From: Blastocladiella emersonii ATCC 22665
Taxonomy: Eukaryota > Fungi > Blastocladiomycota
Direction: 5' to 3'
DNA: 64,000 nucleotides
Assembly: GCA_025594325.1 (NCBI GenBank)
Contig: JANHCV010000004.1
Coordinates: forward strand, 1,798,001-1,862,000
A program made the position numbers and the translations under genes. The notes beneath the pieces were generated by a model that was not told the origin of the DNA, did not search any database, and was given only the letters and a program-made list of their open reading frames with translations. Numbering within the stretch: position 1 is the stretch's first letter; each line of letters opens with the position of its first letter. Positions 28,420 through 40,500 of the stretch are shown one piece after another.

Positions 28420-31250
28420 TCACACCGTCACCGTCGCCGCGGTGGGCGTGAGCGGCGCGACATGCATGGGACACTCGACGGCGCGGTGCTTGTTGAACCA
28501 GGCGGTCGCGCAGTCGACGTGGTAGCAGCACAGGCACGCCATGCGGATGACGCGGTCGCCGGGCGCGTACGACTCGTAGCAGATGAGGCACTCGGACGAC
28601 GGGTCGACGAGCGGCTGGAACGACGCCGACCGGGTGCGGCTGGGCAGTTCCACCGGTCCCTCGTCCTCCTCATCCTCATCATCATCCGAAGAAGACACCT
28701 CCCCCTCCTCTCGCCCTTGCGGAACCGGCGTCGCGGCCGCGACCTCGACCTCATCGCGCACCGGCCGCGGCGCGGCGGGTTGTTGCCAGACATCGACCGT
28801 GTACCGGTTGACCGCAGCGCGGATGACGGCGGCGGCCGCGGGCGAGGTCCCCGCGGCGACGCCGGCCAGGCACTCGGAGACGTGGTTCTCGCGGGCGTCC
28901 TGCGACCCGAACGCGCGCAGCGGGCGCAGGCACCCGGGACACTCGACGAGGGACCCGAGCGAGCCGACGGACGACGCGATCGACGCGACCGACGCGGTGC
29001 GCGAGAGTTCGCCGACGCGGCGCGGGTGTGGGGTCGGCGGGGTCGGCGGGATGGGCGGCGAAGGTGATTGGACTGCGGGAGCAGATGGGGCAGGGGAGGC
29101 GCGCGACGGGGCGAGCGGGGACGGGACCCGCCGCGGCACCTGCGGTTGCTGCGACTGCGTGTTGGGCTCGAGGATATGGAAGCACGGCTCGCACAGGCGG
29201 GCCATCCCGGCGGCGCGCGGCTGGAGGGCGGCGTCCGGGTAGAGTCCCTTGAGCTGGAGGCGGCGGGCCGAGCAGGGCGCGCAGAAGACCTTGCCGCACA
29301 GGCGGCAGTGGTGGCGGCGCAGGAAGAAGGTGAACTGGCGCGCGCACCCGTGGCACGCGGCGGCCTGGGCGTCGGGGGTCCAGGGTTGCGGGGTCGGGAG
29401 GAAGCGGGTGGCGGGGTCGGAGGGGGAAGAGGTGGGGGAAGGCGCGACGCGGGCCGAGTCGGGCAGCTGCTCGGCGGTCTCGAGCCACTGCATCAGGACG
29501 AACTTGGCGTCCTTTTTGCGGTTCGGGTCGGCGTCGTCTGGTGCGGGCGTACAGTTAGTACAGGATCGGATGCGCAGTCAAAAAGAAACGGCGTACCCTG
29601 GATCCCGGCGAGAAGCACCTGGATCGCGTCCTGGTACCGCTGGAACTCGGACACATTCGCGTCCTGCGTATCGTCGAGGATCGCGCGGGCGCGCGCCATG
29701 TAATCGGCCGCCGACTCGGCAGCGGGTTCCGCCGCCTCCGACGGCGCCACCGAGTCTTGCGCAGCGGCAACAGGCGGGAGCTGCTTGCGCATGACGCGCG
29801 CCCACTGGCGCGTCCGGTCGCCGGGGTTCCCGACCGGGCGGCGGGGCGGGTCAACGAACCCGGACGCCGAGTCGACGCCCATGAGCCAGGGCCGTGCGGC
29901 GGCGGCCGAGGAAGTGGACCCGACCGAAGTGCCCATCACCGAAGCCTCAGGCGCGTCGGGATCGGGTACGGTAGCCCAGTCCTCGATACAGTGCCACTCG
30001 GTCATCCACGCCCAGCCGGGGAGAAGCGGCACGTCGTCGAGTGCGTGGTACTCGCGCGGGTCGGCGTCGTCGTTGGTCGGGTCAAACTCGAGGAACCGGT
30101 GCGCGGGCGAGCCGCTGCTGCTGTTGCTCGCGGTCCGGCTGCGGCGGCGACCGAACGCGGCGAGGACCGCGGCACCGGCCGAGGGCGCGGGGGCGGGTTT
30201 CTCGACGATCTCAGCGACGCAGCGGAGGCGCGTGTGGCGGACGAGGGCGCGGTTGGTGCGGGCGAGGTACTGGCAGACGGAGGTGTGCATGGCGAGGGCG
30301 GCGAGGTCGTAGGCGGACTCGTCGGCGCGGTTGGTGGTGGCCGAGTTGGCGCCCTTGCGGAGGAGCACCTTGATGAGCAGCGAGTTGCCCTTGGCGCACG
30401 CGAGCATGAGGGGCGAGGTGCCCGCGGCGTTGACGGCGTTGACGTCAATCGCCGGGTGGTTGAGGAGCAGGTGCGCGATCTCGTGGTGGTTGCGGGCGAC
30501 GGCAACGTGCAGCGGGGTCCACCCGCCGCGGTCCTTGGCGTTGAGGTTGGCGCGCGCGTGCAGCAGCTTCTCGACGACGAACACGTTCCCGTTGAAGGCG
30601 GCCTTGTGGAGGGCGGTCTCGAGGTCCGGGTCGGCGAGGTCGACGATAGCGCCGTTCTCGAGCAGGACGTGCACGACGGCGTCGTACCCGCGCGTCGCGG
30701 CGAGGTGCAGCGGGGTCAGGCGCGAGACCGGGTGCGGCACGTTCACGGACACGTCCGGGTGCAGCTCGAGCAAGTTGCGCAGGTCGAGCGACCGGTTGGC
30801 GAGGGTCAGGGCAAACACCTGGTCCGACTCCTCGGCGGTGGTGGTGGTGGTGGGTGCGGGCGGCTCGGGCGAGGGCGTGGCATCGGTGACGGTGGACGAC
30901 GAGGCGGGCACGATGGCGCTCAGGCTGCCCGGCGCGTGGGTGTCGAGGATGACCGACGGCGCGGCCGGGGCGGGCAGCAGCGGGTCGTAGAAGGCGTGCG
31001 GCTCACCGACCACGGCTGGGGCGACGAAGAGCGGCGGCGGGAAGGCGAACGGGTCGACGGTCGCGGTGACGGTGCGCGCGGCACCGCTCGAGGACGGAGC
31101 GCGCGAGTGGGTGCGGGACAGCGGGTCGGCTGCAGCGAGCGGGTTGGGCACCGGCGCGGGGGCCGAGAGCGGGTCCGCGATGGCGGGCGCAGACGCGGAC
31201 GCGACGGCCGCGGCGTGGGCGCTCAGCGGGTCGTCGAGCGGGTGGCTCAT
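28420..31250 (-). CDS. Ankyrin-repeat / DysF-like / FYVE / RING-H2 protein (Pib1-like E3 C-terminus), ~923 aa
   Basis: Exons 31250-29597 and 29537-28420. About four ankyrin repeats (TPLHLAA, TALHKAA, TPLHVAV, SPLMLAC), LPGWAWMTEW...RTRQWARVMRK, a FYVE domain WTPD...RRHHCRLCGKVFC...RLC, CPGC...HVSEC, and a RING CLICYESY...CLCCYHVDC...CPMH. Confidence 0.88.
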
Positions 31251-31760
31251 TGCGCAGTGTGTGTTTCGATGCGTTGCGGGTGGTTGTGGGTGTGGGAGAG
31301 CGCGGCGAGGACGACGAAGGCGAAGAGGACGAGAAAAAACGAGCGACGCGTTCCGTCGAGTGGCGTGGCGATCGCCGCGTGACCGGCCCGCCACGGCGCG
31401 CCACGGCAACGGGCCCACGTGGCCGCGCGTACACACCGTCGCGTCCAGCACGCGCGCGTGAGACACCACGGACCTCATACGCCACTACGGCGGCCGCGAA
31501 GTGATTCGGAGAGCGGGCCGGCGCGTGGCGGTGGTGGCGAAGCCGGCGGATCGGCGGCGCCGCGTGACGGGCGATCCACTCGGCGCCGTTTCACAGCCGT
31601 TTCGGTTTGAGTTCCCCGTCGCCGTCATCGTCATCGCGCGCTTGTCGATGGGAGCGGTGGTGTCTCCCCGCACCGCATCGATCCGTTCTCTCTCCCTATC
31701 TCTCTCTCATCGCCGCCACAATACATTGCACGCTAGCTCCATGCATCATCACCCGCACTA

Positions 31761-33944
31761 ATGGCGTCGACCAACTCGCCGAGCCGGCCCGCCACCGACC
31801 CATCGCCATCACCGACGCCCGCCGTCGCCGTGCCGCGGCTGTCGGGCAACCCGGACCGTCTCGTCCTCGATGCGCCGCCCGCCAACTGGACCGCGCCCGA
31901 TCTGTCGCGCGCCTTCGGCTCCATCATCACCCAGCACCCGTCGTCCGTGTTCGCGCTGTGCCGGCCCGGCGCCGCGTCGAACCCGTGTTCCGCGCGCGCC
32001 GAGGACCTGCTGCTGGCGTGCGGCGCGCGCTCGTGCACGCCGCAGACGGACGCCGCCTTTGTGAGCGCGAAGCGGTACGCGGGCGACGCGACGCAGCCCG
32101 TGGCCAACGCGCGCGCCGCGATCCGCGACGCCGAGTCCCTCCAACTCTGTCTGCGCGACAAGTGTGCGCCGCACTACCTCGCCGCCTTCTCGCTGTACTG
32201 CGTCGACCTCGAGGACCCGCTGCTGCTCGCCGCGGGCGTGGCGCTGGTGGGGACGCCGCCGTGGATCGGCCCGTCGGCCGAGTCCGTCGACACCGCGCTG
32301 CTCGCCGACTACGCCGCGTACACGGCCCGCGCCGAGACGCGGAAACGCGGCATCGCGCAGACCGCCCCCGCCGCCGGATCGCGCGTCGGCGCGTGCACGC
32401 TCGCCGCCCCGATCGGCGCCGCGTGCGACGCCAAGAAGCTGCTGGCGGCGGGCGAGCTGCCGCTCGACGCCGTCCCCGCGCGCGAGCCGCTCGTCGTCAC
32501 CAACTCGGGGCTCAATGCCGTCGTGCTGCCGAAACAGGCCGGGCTCGCCGAGCCCCTGCCGCTCTCGCTCCCGCAGACCTACTACCTGCCGTCCGTCACC
32601 TGCACCGCCAACGGCACGCTGTCCGCCATCACCGCCAACGACGGCGGCGCGTGCGCGCTCTCGTCCGAGTGCATGTTCGGCGCGTGCGTCGACCGCAAGT
32701 GCGCGTTTGGGGTGCCGAAATCGGCTTTCACCACGGCCGACATTGCGCGCGCCGAGTCCCGCGCCGCGCTCGACGGCGGGCGGACGCCGTCGATCACGGA
32801 CCCGACAGTCCGCAGCCCGCGCGGCGAGCTGGCGGCGGGCGGCGCAGCGGACCCGGCACTCGTCAACGTGTATCTGATCCCGGCGGCGCTGCTGGCCGCC
32901 GTCGGCGTCTTCATGCTCGTCAAGCGCAAGCTCGCCGACCGCAAGTTCAAGCGCCTGCACATCCCCGACACGGTCGACCCCGGCCGGCCGTGGTGGCGCC
33001 GCCATGGCCCGCGCCGACGCCACCCGCTCGACCACCGCGGGTTCCACGTCGACGCCGAGCTCGCCGCGTCCGTCGCGCTCGGCGCGGGCCACGAGATGCT
33101 CGACTGCTACGACCCCGACGCGCTCCCGCGGTACTCGATGGTCGGGTTCTCCCGCCGCGTGTCCATGTTCCTCGGCTCGCTCGGCGCGCCTTCCGCCGCT
33201 GCGGACGCGAGCTCGGCCGCGTCGCGCAGCCCGCGCGTCGGACCGTCCGACCCGACCGCGTCTCCACGAACCACGGGCACGGTCGCGAGCGCCAGCGGCA
33301 GCGGCGCCCCATTCCGCCCGGATGCCCTCGCCCCGCCCGTCCCGCCCCTGACCCTGCCCGCGCCGCCCGCCGCCGCGATCCCGGACCCGACCGAGTACGA
33401 GCCGCCCCCGGTCCCCGCGATCCTCGTCACCGCGGCGTCCGTGCACGACCCGGACGTGGACGTGATCGCGCGCATGGCCGGGTTCTCGCTCCCGCCGCCG
33501 CCTGCCTACGACGCCCACCGCGACCACGCCCAGGTCGATCTCGGCACCATCGCGCTCGACCGGCTCCAAGGCAGCAGCTCGTCGCTGTCGGGTGCCGAGC
33601 AGGCGGCGGTGTCGCCCCGTCGCCCTGCAGCGCGCGCGAGCCCAGCACCACGATCGGTCCGCGGCGGCCGGTCCCACTCGCGCACGCCGCGGAGCCGGAG
33701 CCGGTCGGTCCCGCGCGCGCTGCCATTGGCGGCGAGCGGGGGCGAGGAACCGCTGCTGAGCCCATCGGCGCCGCCGATACCCGCGTCGCCGTCGACGATC
33801 CGGCTCACGCCGCCATTACTCGGCGCGGGTGGCGAGGGGGATGAGGGGCGCACGGTGTCGACGCCGGCGAGTATCTTTAGCCGGCGGAGCGATGACGGGG
33901 AAGAGGTGGTTGAGGAGGAGGAGAGAGGACGGAGGGCGGTATAG
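31761..33944 (+). CDS. Single-pass membrane protein with Cys-rich N-terminal region and disordered cytoplasmic tail, 727 aa
   Basis: Long ORF with host codon bias, many Cys in the N-terminal half (CALSSECMFGACVDRKC), TM segment VYLIPAALLAAVGVFMLV followed by KRK, and a PPPAY motif. Confidence 0.75.
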   Translation: MASTNSPSRPATDPSPSPTPAVAVPRLSGNPDRLVLDAPPANWTAPDLSRAFGSIITQHPSSVFALCRPGAASNPCSARAEDLLLACGARSCTPQTDAAFVSAKRYAGDATQPVANARAAIRDAESLQLCLRDKCAPHYLAAFSLYCVDLEDPLLLAAGVALVGTPPWIGPSAESVDTALLADYAAYTARAETRKRGIAQTAPAAGSRVGACTLAAPIGAACDAKKLLAAGELPLDAVPAREPLVVTNSGLNAVVLPKQAGLAEPLPLSLPQTYYLPSVTCTANGTLSAITANDGGACALSSECMFGACVDRKCAFGVPKSAFTTADIARAESRAALDGGRTPSITDPTVRSPRGELAAGGAADPALVNVYLIPAALLAAVGVFMLVKRKLADRKFKRLHIPDTVDPGRPWWRRHGPRRRHPLDHRGFHVDAELAASVALGAGHEMLDCYDPDALPRYSMVGFSRRVSMFLGSLGAPSAAADASSAASRSPRVGPSDPTASPRTTGTVASASGSGAPFRPDALAPPVPPLTLPAPPAAAIPDPTEYEPPPVPAILVTAASVHDPDVDVIARMAGFSLPPPPAYDAHRDHAQVDLGTIALDRLQGSSSSLSGAEQAAVSPRRPAARASPAPRSVRGGRSHSRTPRSRSRSVPRALPLAASGGEEPLLSPSAPPIPASPSTIRLTPPLLGAGGEGDEGRTVSTPASIFSRRSDDGEEVVEEEERGRRAV

Positions 33945-34007
33945 ACACTCATATATAATACGTTTGGACTTCAATACCGGCGGCGACCAACTCGAGTCTC
34001 GCTCGCC

Positions 34008-34922
34008 TTAGGCCTTGGCCTTCTTGCCCTTCTTCCCGCCGGTCCGGCGCCCGCCAACAACGCGCGCGGCGGCGGCAGTGGGCGCGTCCTTGTCCTTCGC
34101 CTTCTGGTTCTTGTTCTCAGTGACGATCCGCATCGCCTCGTCGTACTCGACGCCCTCCTCCAGCGTGAGGTTCCGGGCCTGGAGGTGCTGCTCGAGGATC
34201 TCGTATCCCGCGCGGGCAAACGCCGACAGCAGCGTGGCGCGCTCCGCGGCGTGCTTGAGCGCCTCGAGGTCCTTGGCCTTGATGGCGAGCTGCGCAAAGT
34301 GCATGATGGTCTCGGCGTGGAACGCCTCGGCGATCGTCAAGTGGCTCACAGTGGCGCGGAGCTGGGTGAGCGTCTCGAACGCCGCGTCCCACACGCCGGT
34401 CTGGTTGGCGGGGACCCAGCTGGGCGCGCCGGCGTCGAGTGAGTCCAGCTCGGCGGCGCGGGTCGGCGGCGGGCCCTGCTGCGCCTCGATCTCGTTGACG
34501 GTGCGCAGCAGCGTCGTGATCCGGTACTCGCACTTGGCGACGCGCGCGCGAAGCTCGGCGTTCTCGGTGCGAAGATTGGCGGTCTCGGCGGCGGGCGCGG
34601 CGGCGAGGGCCTCGGGCGCGGCCTGGCGCTCCTCGATCTCGTTGGCGGTGCGCAGCAGCGTCGTGATGCGGTACTCGCACTTGGCAACGCGCGCGCGCAG
34701 CTCGGCGTTCTCGGCGGCGAGCGCGGCGAGCGCCTCAGGCGCGGCAGCTTCGGCAGCAGTGGGCGAGTCTAGAGGAACACGCGCGACTCGTGTGTAAGTC
34801 TCGATTCACAAAGCGGAGAGTGAAGGCGCGTGCGTACCGGTACCCTCAAGAAGCGAGCGGAGCTGGTCGACCTGGTCCTGCAGCGCCTGGATCGTGGCGG
34901 GCGAGTCGTCCGAGTGCGACAT
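34008..34922 (-). CDS. Coiled-coil hypothetical protein with an internal 49-aa-period repeat, ~281 aa
   Basis: Exons 34922-34838 and 34768-34008. ENAELRARVAKCEYRITTLLRTxNEIE occurs twice (34485-34567 and 34632-34714). Basic C-terminal tail. Confidence 0.75.
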
Positions 34923-35313
34923 GGTGGCGTTGCTGAAGTTTCTGCAGCGTGGCGGGAGGGGGACCAGGTATTCTCGTCAGTGTACATGTTCTGCACGAGA
35001 ATGTTTGCCTGCCGAGCGTGGAGAGCCCGCTGCAGCTGGGGGAGGAGCATCAAGCTCTAGGTCTGCACGCGCGAGTGCTGATCGACTGCGCGACGCTACT
35101 CTACCACGTTGCAGCGAGACTTTGCATGGTGTGATGAATGCATTGCTTACCTGAGGGGTGCGTCCGTGCAAGTCGATCTGCACTGACAGCGGCGAGGAGC
35201 GTTCGGCGACCCGCCAAGCGACCAGCGCCTCAAAACAGAAACCAGCGCCACCACGTGCGGCTGACCGCCACGTCGATTCAAGACGCACGCGAGTACCGCC
35301 TCGCCTTTGCGCC

Positions 35314-36442
35314 TCACCTCAGCCCTCTCGTCAGTTCCAATCGTCTTAAAGAGAGTGGGATAGTGTAGGCGTCGGAATATATCAATACGTTGCAGCACGC
35401 CCAGACACACCACGAACTGAAGCAAAATCCAAAGCCTGATCCAGCGTAGCGGTCCGGCTTCGCATCCTCCTCCTCGCGCGCCCGCCCCCGCACATCGCAC
35501 CCGTTGCAGCACCGAAGCCCCTCGCCGAGCGACTGCACGCCCTTGAACAGCACCTTGCGGCGACACACGGTCCGGTGGGTGTCCGGCGGTCTCGCCGCCG
35601 CCAGGAGCCGACTCGCAAGCGGCCACGCCCCGCCCGTGTCCTCGCCGGTGCCCCGCGGGACTGCTGTCCTGCGCCTTGCGCTCGTTGACCGACGGCAGCG
35701 GGACACACTTCGGGTGGTACAGGACCTGTCGGAACTCGCCCGGCGTGCCATCGCGGGAGCACGCGCCGAGGAAGTGCGAGACGGCGGCGGACGAGGTCGG
35801 GGTGCCGAGGACGAGCACGGTGCGGAAATCGGACACGAGAACGTCCTAGAAAACAAGTCACAACTAAGCTCTCGATCGTCACGGCTCGGACTGAGTGCAG
35901 CGTACGCGAGCAAAGATGTTGGTTGCGAACACGACCAGGACCCGCTGCGCACCCGTGGCGGCCATGCGCTCAGGCGCCATCTCCTTGTGCCCACGCGAGT
36001 TGGCGCCATGGTACGAGTACATATTGCCGCGCAGGTGCGGGTACAGCGAGGCCAGGTCCTGGTGCAGCTGCACCAACGTGAGCCGGTCGTAGCCGCCAAA
36101 GAGGACGCGCGGTAGCTCGTCCATGTTCTCCGGCGTCGCTCGGCTCAGAATCGAGTCAACGAGCTGTCGCGCGAGCTATTCAACGTGCAAGTATGAGCAC
36201 AGCCGGGGCAATAGGGACGCGGAGTGTCCTCGTACATTCATCCACTGAAGGTGAGGCGTCGGGTTGGCCACGATGTGGTGGTAGATGTTGGGTCGGTCCT
36301 CGGCGAGCGGGAGCTGCGGGTTTTCCTTGCCCGCCTCGGCAATTCCGTCCACTATAGCCTGTTGCGCGAGGCGGCGGGCCTCGTGCTTGCTCAGGAACAC
36401 GTATTCCACCCTCTCGCCATCGTCGGATTCGCTGTGATACAT
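35314..36442 (-). pseudogene. Lineage-specific multi-exon gene or pseudogene, copy 2
   Basis: Segments ...EDRPNIYHHIV...LQWMN | LARQLVDSILSRATPENMDELPRVLFG... | ...TVCRRKVLFKG...RCCNGCDVR, with GT-AG introns, weak codon bias and frame breaks. Confidence 0.45.
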
Positions 36443-36715
36443 GTTGATGCGTCAAGTTACAGGCTACAAGGGGTCCGCGCCGAGGGCTAGGCAAGAGAGG
36501 AAGTCGGTGCTGTTGAGCGAGCGAGCGCTGCCGAGGTCGCCGGGGAGTGGCGCAGCTCGTCCATCAGCTGATCCAACGCGACCCTTTCAGCGCGTCTCGC
36601 CGCAAGCGAGAGACACGATCGGCAGGAACACGCTGTCGTCGAGGAAATTAGGATGTAGATCACGCGGATCACAAAACCGAACAGACCATGTTCGCATGAA
36701 ATGCAGGCACACGGT

Positions 36716-37290
36716 TCAAGCACGCGGCGCGCGCCTGCTTCTCGCGGACGTCACACTCGTTGCAGCGCCGTTCGTCCACGCCAAATCGCCGGCCGCTCTT
36801 GAAGAAGCTCTCGCGGCGACACACGGGCCCGTACGTCCTGGCGGCGGCGGCGCGACGGGCAGGCTTGGGACCGGCCCATGAGCTCGACCACCACGCTTTC
36901 GCTGTAGCAGCCGACCAATAAGCGCGGCAGCTCGTCCATGTTTTCGGAAGTAACGCGACTGAGGATTAGGTAGAGGATCTGTCGCGCATACTACCCTGGG
37001 AGCGTCGTGTCGACGAACATCAGGCTCCAATCACGCGAGAAGCTCACGCGCGCTGAGCCAGGGGATCTCTAATCGGTTCTCGAGGACCATAAGGTGGTAG
37101 ATGTTGGGGCTTTCGGGGACCGTAAGCTTCAGGGTTAGTTCGGCGTGCTCCTTGATGCAGCGGAGCTTGTCCTGCATCAGGTACGCGCGGGACGCCTCGG
37201 TTCGCTGGCGCTGCCAGTCCATCAAGTCGTCGCGGTAGGCTTCATCGTTCCCGCGTTCCAGAATGGTACATTCATTTTTTATCAGTTCAC
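36716..37290 (-). pseudogene. Lineage-specific gene or pseudogene, copy 1 (shorter paralog of 35314-36442)
   Basis: ...PESPNIYHLMV...IPWLS | YARQILYLILSRVTSENMDELPRLLVG...PVCRRESFFKS...RRCNECDVR, with a frameshift before the Cys motif. Confidence 0.45.
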
Positions 37291-37570
37291 GGGCGTCGGA
37301 GCGAGCGTGGCGGCCCAGCTTGCCGTGAGCGGTCGAGGGCAGCGTTGAGCCACCGGCGCGACGCGCCTCGCCGCGCGCGGGCAGCGTGGCTTTGAGCCTC
37401 GCACGTGACGGGTCGTTGCGGTCGACGACGCCTTCGCGGCCTCTTGCGCACGCAGTCCTCTGCTGCGCCCGCATCGCCCCGCGCCCCATGTATCGCTTGC
37501 ACAAGAGACCGCCTGCACTTTGCCCGTAACCCGTTCCAACCCCCCGCCCCCGTCATCCATCCGCGCCGCC

Positions 37571-40500
37571 ATGGACGACGAGCGCCCCGCCCTCGTGCCC
37601 GTCGGCACCTACTACACGGCGACCCCGTCGAGCCCCGCGGGCGTGTCGGCCGTCCACTTTGACGACTATCAGGAGCTCATCTACGTCGGCCACGCGCAGG
37701 TGCGACGGCGTGCCGCTGCTGCGCTCTCCGACCGAGGCGGACCGCGTCACTCACGCGCGCCAGCCGTGCCTAGGGCCACACGCGCACCTTTGTCATGCCT
37801 GCCTGCGAGCCGTACACGGCCCACCAGGCCTTCTACTCGCCCATCCTCGGCTGGATGTCCGACTCGTCGCTCAACCGCGGCGCCATCGCCGTCTCGGCCG
37901 AGGGCGTCAAGCTCGTCGGCCGCCGCGGCATGCCCATCTGGACGCTGACGTACGCTCATTTCCATCAAACTTGATCGACCGATCCGCTTACCTCCCCCGG
38001 CATGTAGCGCCAAAAACGACTTCAAGTCCGCCAACCTGTTCGCCATGGCGCGTGCGCCGCAGTCGGCCGCGGCACACGAGATGCTGGTCTCGGCGTCGTT
38101 TGCGCGCCTGTGCGTCGTCAACTACGAGCGCGGCGCGATCCTGCGCGACCTCGCCGCTGACGAGATGCAGGAGGTGCACGTCATGTGCGGCGCCGGCGCG
38201 CACACCGTGGTCGCCGGCGCGGCCAACGGTGCGCTCAAGGTCTTTGACGCGCGCACCTGGCGCCCGACCGTGTCGCTCGCCGTGCAGCCGGGCCCCTTCT
38301 CAGCCGTCGTCGCCGCCAGCGAGCACCTCATCTTGACCACGGGCGCACACTCGGCGCGTAACGTCGTCGACGTCATCGACCTCCGCACCCAGGCCCTCCT
38401 CGGGTCGATCCCGGTGCCCGCCGCGCTCCTCACCGCGCTCCCCGGGTCCGACGCCCGCGCGGTCGCGATCGGCGAGGCCGGGGTCGCGTCGGTCCTCGAC
38501 GCCGCGACGCTGAGCGTGACCGACACCGTGACGCTGTTCGATCCGGAAGCCGTGGTCCCGATCGGCGAGAGCGACGACGACGACGACGGCGACCCGGTGC
38601 TGCCGATGCCGCCGTCGTACTCGTGCGTGCACGCGTCGTCGTCGGGCGACCTGGTCGCGATCGGCGACTGGGAGGGCAACGTGCACTTCTGGTCGCGCGC
38701 CGCGACCACGCCGTCCGTCGACACGGACAGCGGGATCCTCGACTGGACACCCGAGGACGCGCCGCGCGTCAACGCCGTCAGCGAGCCGACCGTGGTCCCG
38801 AGCATGGTCACGCCGACGGACCCCGTGCACTGGGACCCGAAGGTCGCCCTCAACGAGTTCGGGATGCCGCGGTACACGGCGCCGCTGCTGAGCGGGACGT
38901 GGCCCGAGCACATCATGCACTCGGTCGGCTTGCCGCCCGTCGTCATCGCGCCCAGCATCATGACCAACGCGCGCGGCACCGATGCGCTCAAGTCGGCGCC
39001 GAAGCCCGCGTCGCTGCAGCGCAACCAGTGGCCGTACAAGACGAAACCCGAGGTGCCGCGGTTCAAGTCGGCGCGGCGCAACCGGTCGCGGTCGCGCGGG
39101 CGCAGCGCGGGCGAGGGCAAGTCGATTCTCGACGACTACAAGCAGATGGAGATCCAGTACTCGCGGTTCGGCGTGCAGGACTTTGACTTCCGGTTCTTCA
39201 ACCCGACGCCGTACGCCGGGCTCGAGACGGCGGTGCCGCAGTCGTACGTCAACAACTACCTGCAGGCGCTCTTCTACGCGCGCGGGTTCGCGCAGTGCGC
39301 GATCCAGCACTCGGTGTCGCCGACGTGCACCAAGGAGCTGTGCTTGCTGTGCGAGACCGGGTACCTGTTCCGCATGCTGCAGCAGGCGCAGGGCCAGGAG
39401 ATCGTGTGCCGGGCGGCCAACTGGTGCTCGACGTTCGGCCACGTCCGCGAGACCACGGTCATGAACCTGCGCGAGAACCCGGCGGTCCCGTTCCCGAGCA
39501 TCGGCGGCACCATGGCGCAGTGCGCGCGGTTCCTGTTCGACCAGTTCAAGCGCGACGCCGACTCGGTCGCCGTCGTCGAGGAGTTCCGCGCCCGCCTGCT
39601 CACGCGGTCCGAATGCGCCGGGTGCCACACACGCAAGGAGAAGGTCGTCGACGCCTTCACCGTCGACCTCGCGTACCCGGGCGCACGCATCAACCACCCG
39701 GACACGACGTTTGTGGATCTGCTCCGCGCGTCCATGGTCACCACCGAGTCGAGCCGCGTCTGGTGCAGCAAGTGCCGCCAGTACAAGGCCACGACCCAGG
39801 ACCGCGCGCCCATCCGCCTCCCGAACGTGCTCCACGTCAACTGCAACGTGCGCACCGACTGGAACTCGGACTGGTGGTGTACCAAGGGTACGTCGCTCGA
39901 TTGCGAGCCCGCTGACGTGCGGTAACTGACACACGCGCGTTCGCGGGCGCCTGTAGACAACCACTTTACCGGGGTCCAGGGCTCGCACTTCATGCCGCTG
40001 CGCGTCAAAATCTGGCTCGACGACGAGCAGGCGCTGCAGATCGAGCAGGCCGCCGACGACGCGTCGGGCGACGACATTTACGCGCTCGCCGCCGTCGTGT
40101 TCGAGGTCTCGGAAGGCCGCCCGCACATTGCGAGCCACGTCGAAGGTACGCTGGCTTCGCTGGCCGCCGCCCCCTGCGAAGACTCACCCCCTCGCGCGCT
40201 CGCGTGTAGTCGAGGAGAACCAGTGGTATATGTTCAACGACTTTCTGGTCCGCCACATCCCCGAGAACCAGGTGCTGCAGTTCCCGCGGTGGAAGACGCC
40301 GACGATCCTGCACTACCGGCGCATGGTGCCGCAGGCGCCGTCCGCCGACGGCGTCATGTACACGCAGGCGGGCCCGCTGACCGTGTCATCGGACCCGGAC
40401 ATGCCGCTCGACCCGATCATCACGCCGACCGAGCTGGTGTCGATCCTCGAGGGCGTGCACGTCATCAACCCGACGCGGTGCGTGGCGACCATGGACCCGC

